64,000 nt of DNA, from positions 26,598,001 through 26,662,000 of the forward strand of contig OZ024764.1 of NCBI GenBank assembly GCA_964016885.1, given 5' to 3'. Position numbers and translations under genes: made by a program. This DNA comes from Eledone cirrhosa (taxonomy: Eukaryota). The notes beneath the pieces are model-generated. The model was given only the letters and a program-made list of their open reading frames with translations, was not told the origin of the DNA and did not search any database. Of the stretch, positions 53,101 to 64,000 are shown in pieces. Each line of letters opens with the position of its first letter. The stretch's first letter is position 1.

Positions 53101-56100
53101 ATAGAGGGAGATGAAACGACAGAGAGAGAGACAGATGAAACAAGTGAGGGATAAGAGAGAGATGAAACAAGTGAGGGATTAGAGTGTTGAAACAAGAGAG
53201 AGAGAGGAAGAGAGAGTGAGAGCGAGATCAAACGAGAGAGAGAGAGCGATATGAAATGAGAGAGTGAGAGCGAGATGAAACGAGAGAGAGAGAGCGAGAT
53301 GAAATGAGAGAGCGAGAGCGAGATGAAATGAGAGAGAGAGAGCGAGATGAAACGAGACAGAGAGAGCGAGATGAAACGAGAGAGAGAGAGAGCGAAATGA
53401 AACGAGACAGATTAGAGCGAGATGAAACGAGAGAGAGAGAGCGAGATGAAATGAGAGAGAGAGAGCGAGATGAAACGAGAGAGTGAGAGCTAGAGGAAAC
53501 GAGAGAGAGAGGAAACGAGAGTAGAGAGCGAGATGAAACAGGAGAGAGAGAGCGAGATGAAACAGGAGAGAGAGAGCGAGATGAAACAGGAGAGAGAGAG
53601 CGAGATGAAACAGGAGAGAGAGAGCGAGATGAAACAGGAGAGAGAGAGCGAGATGAAACGAGAGGGAGAGAGAGATGAAACGAGAGAGCGAGAGAGAGAT
53701 AGAGGGAGATGAAACGACAGAGAGAGAGACAGATGAAACGAGGGAGATAGAGATGAAACGAGAGAGAGAGATGAAACGAGAGAGAGGAAGAGAGAGATGG
53801 AACGAAAGAGAGGAAGAGAGAGATGGAACGAGAGAGAGGAAGACAGAGATGAAACGAGAGAGAGAGAGAGCGAGATGAAACGAGAGAGAGGAAGAGAGAG
53901 AACGCGAGATGAAACGAGAGAGAGAGAGAGCAAGATGAAACGAGAGAGAGGAAGAGAGAGAGCGGAAGATGAAACGAGAGAGAGAGAGAGCGCGAGATGA
54001 AAGTCTGTCATGTAATGTTATGGACACATCTGCCCTTGGGGCTAATAATTGTCATGTAATGTTATGGAAATCTCTGCCCCTGTGGCTAATAATTCTGTCA
54101 TGTAATGTTATGGACATCTCTGCCCCTGTGGCTAATAATTCTGTCATGTAATGTTATGGACATCTCTGCCCCTGTGGCTAATAAATCTGTCATGTAATGT
54201 TATGGACATCTCTGCCCCTGTGGCTAATAATTCTGACATGTAATGTTATGGACATCTCTGCCCCTGTGGCTAATAAATATGACATGTAATGTTATGGACA
54301 TCTCTGCCCCTGTGGCTAATAAATCTGTCATGTAATGTTATGGACATCTCTGCCCCTGTGGCTAATAATTCTGACATGTAATGTTATGGACATCTCTGCC
54401 CCTGTGGCTAATAATTCTGAGATAGATGAAACAAGTGAGGGATTAGATAGAGATGAAACAAGTGAGGGATTAGAGTGTTGAAACAAGAGAGAGAGAGGAA
54501 GAGAGAGTGAAAGCGAAATCAAACGAGAGAGAGCGAGATGAAATGAGAGAGTGAGAGCGAGATGAAACGAGAGAGAGAGAGAGAGCGAGATGAAATGAGA
54601 GAGAGAGAGCGAGATGAAATGAGAGAGAGAGAGCGAGATGAAACGAGACAGAGAGAGCGGGATGAAACGAGACAGAGAGAGCGAGAGCGAGATGAAACGA
54701 GACAGAGAGAGCGAGATGAAACGAGAGAGAGAGAGCGAGATGAAATGAGAGAGAGAGAGCGAGATGAAATGAGAGAGAGAGAGCGAGATGAAACGAGAGA
54801 GTGAGAGCGAGATGGAACGAGACAGAGAGAGCGAGATGAAACGAGAGTGGGAGAGCTAGATGAAACGAGAGAGAGAGGAAACGAGAGAGACGAAACGAGA
54901 GAGAGGAAACGAGAGTAGAGAGCGAGATGAAACAGGAGAGAGAGAGCGAGATGAAACGAGAGGGAGAGAGAGATGAAACGAGAGAGCGAGAGAGAGATAG
55001 AGGGAGATGAAACGACAGAGAGAGAAACAGATGAAACGAGGGAGATAGAGATGAAACGAGAGAGAGAGATGAAACGAGAGAGAGAGAGATCGAGATGAAA
55101 CGAGAGAGAGGAAGAGAGAGAGCGCAAGATGAAACGAGAGAGAGAGAGAGAGCGAGATGAAACGAGAGAGAGGAAGAGAGAGAGCGCGAGATGAAACGAG
55201 AGAGAGGAAGAGATAGAGCGCGAGATGAAATGAGAGAGAGAGAGCGAGATGAAATGAGAGATTGAGAGTGAGATGAAACGAGAGAGTGAGAGAGAGCGAG
55301 ATGAAATGAGAGAGAGAGAGCGAGATGAAATGAGAGAGAGAGAGCGAGATGAAACGAGACAGAGAGAGCGGGATGAAACGAGACAGAGAGATCGAGATGA
55401 AATGAGAGAGAGAGAGCGAGATGAAATGAGAGAGAGAGAGCGAGATGAAACGAGAGAGTGAGAGCGAGATGGAACGAGTCAGAGAGAGCGAGATGAAACG
55501 AGAGAGTGAGAGCTAGATGAAACGAGAGATAGAGGAAACGAGAGAGAGAGGAAACGAGAGAGAGGAAACGAGAGAGAGGAAACGAGAGTAGAGAGCAAGA
55601 TGAAACAGGAGAGAGAGAGAGCGAGATGAAACCGGAGAGAGAGAGCGAGATGAAACGAGTGGGAGGGAGAGATGAAACGAGAGAGCGAGAGAGAGATAGA
55701 GGGAGATGAAACGAGAGAGTGATAGCTAGACGAAACGAGAGAGAGAGGAATAGAGAGATGGAACGAGAGAGAGGAAGACAGATATGAAACGAGAGAGAGA
55801 GAGCGAGATGAAACGAGAGAGAGGAAGAGAGAGAGCGCGAGATGAAACGAGAGAGAGAGCGAGATGAAACGAGAGAGAGAGAGAGCGAGATGAAACGAGA
55901 GAGAGGAAGAGAGAGAGCGCGAGATGAAAGTCTGTCATGTAATGTTATGGACATATCTGCCCCTGGGGCTAATAATTGTCATGTAATGTTATGGACATAT
56001 CTGCCCTTGGGGCTAATAATTGTCATGTAATGTTATGTACATCTCTGCCCCTGTGGCAAATAATTCTGTCATGTAATGTTATGGACATCTCTGTCCCTGT

Positions 56101-57722
56101 GGCTAATAATTATGTCATGTAATGTTATGGACATCTCTGCCCCTGTGGCTAATAATTCTGTCATGTAATGTTATGGACATCTCTGCCCCTGTGGCTAATA
56201 AATTCGTCATGTAATGTTATGGACATCTCTGCCCCTGTGGCTAATAAATCTGTCATGTAATGTTATGGACATCTCTGCCCCTGTGGCTAATAATTCTGAC
56301 ATGTAATGTTATGGATATCTCTGCCCCTGTGGCTAATAATTCTGAGAGAGATGAAACAAGTGAGGGATAAGAGAGAGATGAAACAAGTGAGGGATTAGAG
56401 TGTTGAAACAAGAGAGAGAGAGGAAGAGAGAGTGAGAGCGAGATCAAACGAGAGAGAGAGAGCGAGATGAAATGAGAGAGTGAGAGCGAGATGAAACGAG
56501 AGAGAGAGAGCGAGATGAAATGAGAGAGAGAGAGCGAGATGAAATGAGAGAGAGAGAGCGAGATGAAACGAGACAGAGAGAGCGAGATGAAACGAGAGAG
56601 AGAGAGAGCGAAATGAAACGAGACAGATTAGAGCGAGATGAAACGAGAGAGAGAGAGAGCGAGATGAAATGAGAGAGAGAGAGCGAGATGAAACGAGAGA
56701 GTGAGAGCTAGAGGAAACGAGAGCTAGAGGAAACGAGAGAGAGAGGAAACGAGAGAGAGGATACGAGAGAGAGGAAACGAGAGTAGAGAGCGAGATGAAA
56801 CAGGAGAGAGAGAGCGAGATGAAACAGGAGAGAGAGAGCGAGATGAAACGAGAGGGAGAGAGAGATGAAACGAGAGAGCGAGAGAGAGATAGAGGGAGAT
56901 GAAACGACAGAGAGAGAGACAGATGAAACGAGGGAGAGAGAGATGAAACGAGAGAGAGGAAGAGAGAGATGGAACGAGAGAGAGGAAGAGAGAGATGGAA
57001 CGAGAGAGAGGAAGACAGAGTTGAAACGAGAGAGAGAGAGAGCGAGATGAAACGAGAGAGAGGAAGAGAGAGAACGCGAGATGAAACGAGAGAGAGAGCA
57101 AGATGAAACGAGAGAGAGGAAGAGAGAGAGCGCAAGATGAAACGAGAGAGAGAGAGCGCGAGATGAAAGTCTGTCATGTAATGTTATGGACATATCTGCC
57201 CTTGGGGCTAATAATTGTCATGTAATGTTATGGAAATCTCTGCCCCTGTGGCTAATAATTCTGTCATGTAATGTTATGGACATCTCTGCCCCTGTGGCTA
57301 ATAATTCTGTCATGTAATGTTATGAACATCTCTGCCCCTGTGGCTAATAAATCTGTCATGTAATGTTATGGACATCTCTGCCCCTGTGGCTAATAATTCT
57401 GACATGTAATGTTATGGACATCTCTGCCCCTGTGGCTAATAAATATGACATGTAATGTTATGGACATCTCTGCCCCTGTGGCTAATAAATCTGTCATGTA
57501 ATGTTATGGACATCTCTGCCCCTGTGGCTAATAATTCTGACATGTAATGTTATGGACATCTCTGCCCCTGTGGCTAATAAATCTGTCATGTAATGTTATG
57601 GACATCTCTGCCCCTGTGGCTAATAATTCTGACATGTAATGTTATGGACATCTCTGCCCCTGTGGCTAATAATTCTGACATGTAATGTTATGGACATCTC
57701 TGCCCCTGTGGCTAATAATTCT
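47161..57722 (+). repeat. Composite satellite copy B, left arm
   Basis: Same 46-bp unit and GA cassettes. Arrays at ~47751-48294, 49965-50379, 52142-52556, 54003-54419, 55930-56344, 57169-57722. Confidence 0.97.
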
Positions 57723-60700
57723 GATTTATTAGCCACAGGGGCAGAGATGTCCATAACATTACATGACAGAATTATTAGCCACAGGGGCATAGATTTCCAT
57801 AACATTACATGTCAGAATTATTAGCCACAGGGGCAGAGATGTCCATAACATTACATGTCAGAATTATTAGCCACAGGGGCAGAGATGTCCATAACATTAC
57901 ATGACAGAATTATTAGCCACAGGGGCAGAGATGACCATAACATTACATGACAATTATTAGCCACAGGGTCAGATATGTCAATAACATTACATGACAGAGT
58001 TTCATCTTGCGCGCTCTCTCTCTCGTTTCATCTCGCTCTCCCTCTCTCTCGTTTCATCTCTGTCTTCCTCTCTCTCGTTTCATCTCGCTCTCTCTCTCTC
58101 TCGTTTCATCTCTGTCTTCCTCTCTCTCGTTCCATCTCTCACTTCCTCTCTCTCGTTCCATCTCTCTCTTCCTCTCTCTCGTTTCATTTCTATCTCCCTT
58201 CTTTCATCTGTCTCTCTCTCTGTCGTTTCATCTCGCGCTCTCTCTCTCTCTCGTTTCATCTTGCGCTCTCTCTCTCTCTCGTTTCGTCTTGCTCTCTCTC
58301 TCTCTCGTTTCATCTCTGTCTTCCTCTCTCTCGTTCCATCTCTCTCTTCCTCTCTCTCGTTCCATCTCTCTCATCCTCTCTCTCGTTTCATCTCTATCTC
58401 CCTCCTTTCATCTGTCTCTCTCTCTGTCGTTTCATCTCGCGCTCTCTCTCTCTCGTTTCATCTTGCGCTCTCTCTCTCTCGTTTCATCTCGCTCTCTCTC
58501 TCGTTTCATCTCTGTCTTCCTCTCTCTCGTTCCATCTCTCTCTTCCTCTCTCTCGTTCCATCTCTCTCTTCCTCTCTCTCGTTTCATCTCTATCTCCCTT
58601 CTTTCATCTGTCTCGCTCTCTGTAGTTTCATCTCGCGCTCTCTCTCTCTCGTTTCATGTCGCGCTCTCTCTCTCTCGTTTCATCTCGCTCTCTCTCTCTC
58701 GTTTCATCTCTGTCTTCCTCTCTCTCGTGCCATCTCTCTCTTCCTCTCTCTCGTTCCATCTCTCTCTTCCTCTCTCTCGTTTCATCTCATCTCCCTTGTT
58801 TCATCTCTCTCTCGCTCTCTCGTTTCATCTCTCTCTCCCTCTCGTTTCATCTCGCTCTCTCTCTCCTGTTTCATCTCGCTCTCTCTCTCTCGTTTCATCT
58901 CTGTCTTCCTCTCTCTCGTTCCATCTCTGTCTTCCTCTCTCTCGTTCCATCTCTCTCTTCCTCTCCCTCGTTTCATCTCTCTCTCGCTCTCTCGTTTCAT
59001 CTCTCTCTCCCTCTCATTTCATCTCGCTCTCTCTCTCCTGTTTCATCTCGCTCTCTACTCTCGTTTCCTCTCTCTCTCTCGTTTCATCTCTCTCTCCCTC
59101 CCGTTTCATCTCGCTCTCTCTCTCTCATTTCATCTCGCTCTCTCTCTCTCGTTTCATCTCGCTCTCCCTCTCTCGTTTCATCCCGCTCTCACTCTCTCAT
59201 TTCTTCTCGCTCTCTCTCTCTTGTTTCAACACTCTAATCCCTCACTTGTTTACTATCTCTCAGAATTATTAGCCACAGGGACAGAGATGACCATAACATT
59301 ACATGTCAGAATTATTAGCCACAAGGGCAGAGATGTCCATAACATTACATGACAGAATTATTAGCCACAGGGGCAGAGATGACCATAACATTACATGAAA
59401 ATTATTAGCCACAGGGGCAGATATGTCAATAACATTACATGACAGAGTTTCATCTCGCGCTCTCTCTCTCTCGTTTCATCTTGCGCTCTCTCTCTCTCTC
59501 GTTTCATCTTGCTCTCTCTCTCGTTTCATCTCTGTCTTCCTCTCTCTCGTTCCATCTCTCTCTTCCTCTCCCTCGTTCCATCTCTCTCATCCTCTCTCTC
59601 GTTTCATCTCTATCTCCCTCCTTTCATCTGTCTCTCTCTCTGTCGTTTCATCTCGCGCTCTCTCTCTCTCGTTTCATCTCGCGCTCTCTCTGTCTCGTTT
59701 CATCTCGCTCTCTCTCGTTTCATCTCTGTCTTCCTCTCTCTCGTTCCATCTCTCTCTTCCTCTCTCTCGTTCCATCTCTCTCTTCCTCTCTCTCGTTTCA
59801 TCTCTATCTCCCTCGTTTCATCTCTCTCTCGCTCTCTCGTTTCATCTCTCTCTCCCGCTCGTTTCTTCTCGCTCTCTCTCTCCTGTTTCATCTCGCTCTC
59901 TACTCTCGTTTCCTCTCTCTCATTTCCTCTCTCTCTCGTTTCATCTCTGTCTCGTTTCATCTCGCTCTCTCTCTTTCTCGTTTGATCTCGCTCTCACTCT
60001 CTCGTTTCATCTCGCTTCTCTCACTCTCTTGTTTCATCTCGCTCTCTCTCTCTCTTCCTCTCTCTCTCTTGTTTCAACACTCTAATCCCTCACTTGTTTT
60101 ATCTCTCTCTAATCCCTCACTTGGTTCATCTCTCTCAGAATTATTAGCCACAGGGGCAGAGATGTCCATAACATTGCATGTCAGAATTATTAGCCACAGG
60201 GCAGAGATGTCCATAACATTACGTCAGAATTATTAGCCACAGGGGCAGAGATGTCCATAACATTACATGTCAGAATTATTAGCCACAGGGGCAGAGATGT
60301 CCATAACATTACATGACAGAATTATTAGCCACAGGGGCAGAGATGTCCATAACATTACATGTCAGAATTATTAGCCATAGGGGCAGAGATGTCCATAACA
60401 TTACATGACAATTATTAGCCCCAAGGGCAGATATGTCGATAACATTACATGAGAGAGTTTCATCTCGCGCTCTCTCTCTTCCTCTCTCTCGTTTCATCTC
60501 TGTCTTCCTCTCTCTCGTTCCATCTCCCTCTTCCTCTCTCTCGTTCCATCTCTCTCTTCCTCTCTCTCGTTTCATCTCTATCTCCCTCCTTTCATCTGTC
60601 TCTCTCTCTGTCGTTTCATCTCGCGCTCTCTCTCTCTCGTTTCATCTTGCGCTCTCTCTCTCTCGTTTCATCTCGCTCTCTCTCTCTCTCGTTTCATCTC

Positions 60701-63700
60701 TGTCTTCCTCTCTCTCGTTCCATCTCTCTCTTCCTCTCTCTCGTTTCATCTCTATCTCCCTCGTTTCATCTCTCTCTCGCTCTCTCGTTTCATCTCTCTC
60801 TCCCTCTCGTTTCATCTCGCTCTCTACTCTCGTTTCCTCTCTGTCTCGTTCCATCCCGCTCTCTCTCTCTCTCATTACATCTCGCTCTCTCTGTCTCGTT
60901 TCATCTCGCTCTCACTCTCTCGTTTCAACACTCTAATCCCTCACTTGTTTTATCTCTCTCTAATCCCCCACTTGTTTCATCTCTCTCAGAATTATTAGCC
61001 ACAGGGGGAGAGATGTCCATAACATTACATGTAAGAATTATTAGCCACAGGGGCAGAGATGTCCATAACATTACATGACAGAATTATTAGCCACAGGGCC
61101 AGTGATGTCCATAACATTACATGACAATTATTAGCCCGAAGGGCAGATATGTCCATAACATTACATGACAGAGTTTCATCTCGCGCTCTCTCTCTTGCTC
61201 TCTCTCGTTTCATCTCGCTCTCTCTCTCTCTCGTTTCATCTCGCTCTCTCTCGTGTCATCTCTGTCTTCCTCTCTCTCGTTCCATCTCTCTCTTCCTCTC
61301 TCTCGTTCCATCTCTCTCTTCCTCTCTCTCGTTCCATCTCTCTCTTCCTCTCTCTCGTTTCATTTCTATCTCCCTCCTTTCATCTGTCTCTCTCTCTGTC
61401 GTTTCATCTCGCGCTCTCTCTCTCTCGATTCATCTCGCGCTCTCTCTCTCTCGTTTCATCTCGCTCTCTCTCTCTCTCGTTTCATCTCTGTCTTCCTCTC
61501 TCTCGTTCCATCTCTCTCTTCCTCTCTCTCGTTTCATCACTATCTCCCTCGTTTCATCTCTCTCTCCCTCTCGTTTCATCTCGCTCTCTCTCTCCTGTTT
61601 CATCTCGCTCTCTACTCTCGTTTCCTCTCTGTCTCGTTCCATCCCGCTCTCTCTCTCTCTCATTACATCTCGCTCTCTCTGTCTCGTTTCATCTCGCTCT
61701 CTCTCTCTCTCGTTTCATCTCGCTCTCACTCTCTCGTTTCATCTCGCGTTTCATCTCACTCTCCCTGTCTCATTTCATCTCGCTCTCTCTCTCTCTCTTC
61801 CTCTCTCTCTCTTGTTTCAACACTCTAATCCCTCACTTGTTTTATCTCTCTCTAATCCCTCACTTGTTTCATCTCTCTCAGAATTATTAGCCACAGGGGC
61901 AGAGATGTCCATAACATTACATGTCAGAATTATTAGCCACAGGGCAGAGATGTCCATAACATTACATGTCAGAGTTATTAGCCACAGGGGCAGAGATGTC
62001 CATAACATTACATGTCTGAATTATTAGCCACAGGGGCGGAGACGTCCATAACATTACATGATAGAATTATTAGCCACAGGGGCAGAGATGACCATAACAT
62101 TACATGACAATTATTAGCCACAGGGGCAGATATATCAATAACATTACATGATAGAGTTTCATCTCGCGCTCTCTCTCTCTCGTTTCATCTTGCTCTCTCT
62201 CTCTCTCGTTTCATCTCTGTCTTCCTCTCTCTCGTTCCATCTCTCTCTTCCTCTCTCTCGTTCCATCTCTCTCATCCTCTCTCTCGTTTCATCTCTATCT
62301 CCCTCCTTTCATCTGTCTCTCTCTCTGTCGTTTCATCTCGTGCTCTCTCTCTCTCGTTTCATCTCGCGCCCTCTCTGTCTCGTTTCATCTCGCTCTCTCT
62401 CTCTCTCGTTTCATCTCTGTCTTCCTCTCTCTCGTTCCATCTCTCTCTTCCTCTCTCTCTTCCTCTCTCTCGTTTCATCTCTATCTCCCTCGTTTCATCT
62501 CTCTCTCGCTCTCTCGTTTCATCTCTCTCTCCCTCTCGTTTCATCTCGCTCTCTACTCTCGTTTGCTCTCTGTCTCGTTCCATCCCGCTCTCTCTCTCTC
62601 ACATTACATCTCGCTCTCTCTGTCTCGTTTCATCTCGCTCTCTCTCTCTCTCGTTTCATCTCGATCTCACTCGCTCGTTTCATCTCGCTTCTCTCACTAT
62701 TGCGTTTCATCTCGCTCACCCTGTCTCATTTCATCTCGCTCTCTCTCTCTCTCTTCCTCTCTCTCTCTTGTTTCAACACTCTAATCCCTCACTTGTTTTA
62801 TCTCTCTCTAATCCCTCCCTTGTTTCATCTCTCTCAGAATTATTAGCCACTGGGGCAGAGATGTCCATAACATTACATGTCAGAGTTATTAGCCACAGGG
62901 GCAGAGATGTCCATAACATTACATGACAATTATTAGCCCCAAGGGCAGATATGTGCATAACATTACATGACAGAGTTTCATCTCGCGCTCTCTCTCTCTC
63001 GTTTCATCTCGCGCTCTCTCCCTTCCTCTCTCTCGTTTCATCTCGATCTCTCTCTCTCTCGTTTCACCTCTGTCTTTCATCTCTCTCTTCCTCTCTCTCG
63101 TTCCATCTCTCTCTTCCTCTCTCTCGTTTCATCTCTATCTCCCTCCTTTCATCTGTCTCTCTCTCTGTCGTTTCATCTCGCGCTCTCTCTCTCTCCTTTC
63201 ATCTCGTGCTCTCTCTCTCTCGTTTCATCTCGCTCTCTCTCTCTCTCGTTTCATCTCTGTCTTCCTCTCTCTCGTTCCATCTCTCTCTTCCTCTCTCTCT
63301 TCCTCTCTCTCGTTTCATCTCTATCTCCCTCGTTTCATCTCTCTCTCCCTCTCGTTTCATCTCGCTCTCTCTCTCTCCTGTTTCATCTCGCTCTCTACTC
63401 TCGTTTCCTCTCTCTCGTTTCCTCTCTGTCTCGTTCCATCCCGCTCTCTCTCTCTCTCATTACATCTCGCTCTCTCTGTCTCGTTTCATCTCGCTCTCTG
63501 TCTCTCTCGTTTCATCTCGCTCTCACTCTCTCGTTTCATCTCGCGTTTCATCTCACTCTCCCTGTCTCATTTCATCTCGCTCTCTCTCTCTCTTCCTCTC
63601 TCTCTCTTGTTTCAACACTCTAATCCCTCACTTGTTTTATCTCTCTCTAATCCCTCACTTGTTTCATCTCTCTCAGAATTATTAGCCACAGGGGCAGAGA

Positions 63701-64000
63701 TGTCCATAACATTACATGTCAGAATTATTAGCCACAGGGCAGAGATGTCCATAACATTACATGTCAGAATTATTAGCCACAGGGGCAGAGATGTCCATAA
63801 CATTACATGTCAGAATTATTAGCCACAGGGGCGGAGACGTCCATAACATTACATGACAGAATTATTAGCCACAGGGGCAGAGATGACCATAACATTACAT
63901 GACAATTATTAGCCACAGGGGCAGATATATCAATAACATTACATGATAGAGTTTCATCTCGCGCTCTCTCTCTCGTTTCATCTTGCGCTCTCTCTCTCTC
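57723..64000 (-). repeat. Composite satellite copy B, right arm (incomplete)
   Basis: Inverted 46-bp arrays and CT cassettes. The first two cassettes are colinear with 26233-28397. Confidence 0.97.

Larger units (their letters stand above)
40133..64000. repeat. Macro-repeat copy B (tandem segmental duplicate of copy A, runs off the window end)
   Basis: Colinear anchors: 1/40133, 3301/43401, 10876/45570, 12003/46848, inversion centres 25953/57722, first CT cassette 26206/57975. Confidence 0.93.

Overview
Eukaryotic, gene-free, almost entirely repetitive DNA. tRNA-derived SINEs with a Deu/Nin-like core resemble octopus SINEs, so the source is probably a cephalopod (inference). The window holds about 1.6 copies of a ~32-40 kb macro-repeat (copy A 1-40132, copy B 40133-64000+). 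Each copy has hAT-like foldback palindromes, SINEs, 5' Helitron fragments and a large composite satellite in which arrays of a 46-bp unit alternate with GA-rich cassettes built from GAGATGAAAC modules. The satellite switches strand at an identical 7-nt hairpin junction in both copies (25953, 57722). In copy A it runs directly into a decayed, internally deleted Helitron Rep/PIF1 helicase (35786-38140). Copy A also has a 2.7-kb triplication whose junctions contain a perfect 30-bp snap-back palindrome and a mirror-symmetric array of 89-bp double-hairpin units. CRE-type retrotransposon endonuclease fragments and two minisatellites are present. No intact protein-coding gene, rRNA, tRNA or CRISPR array is supportable, and the long Ser/Leu and Arg/Glu ORFs are satellite artefacts. 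The most unusual property is inverted symmetry recurring at five scales, from 14 bp to >10 kb.
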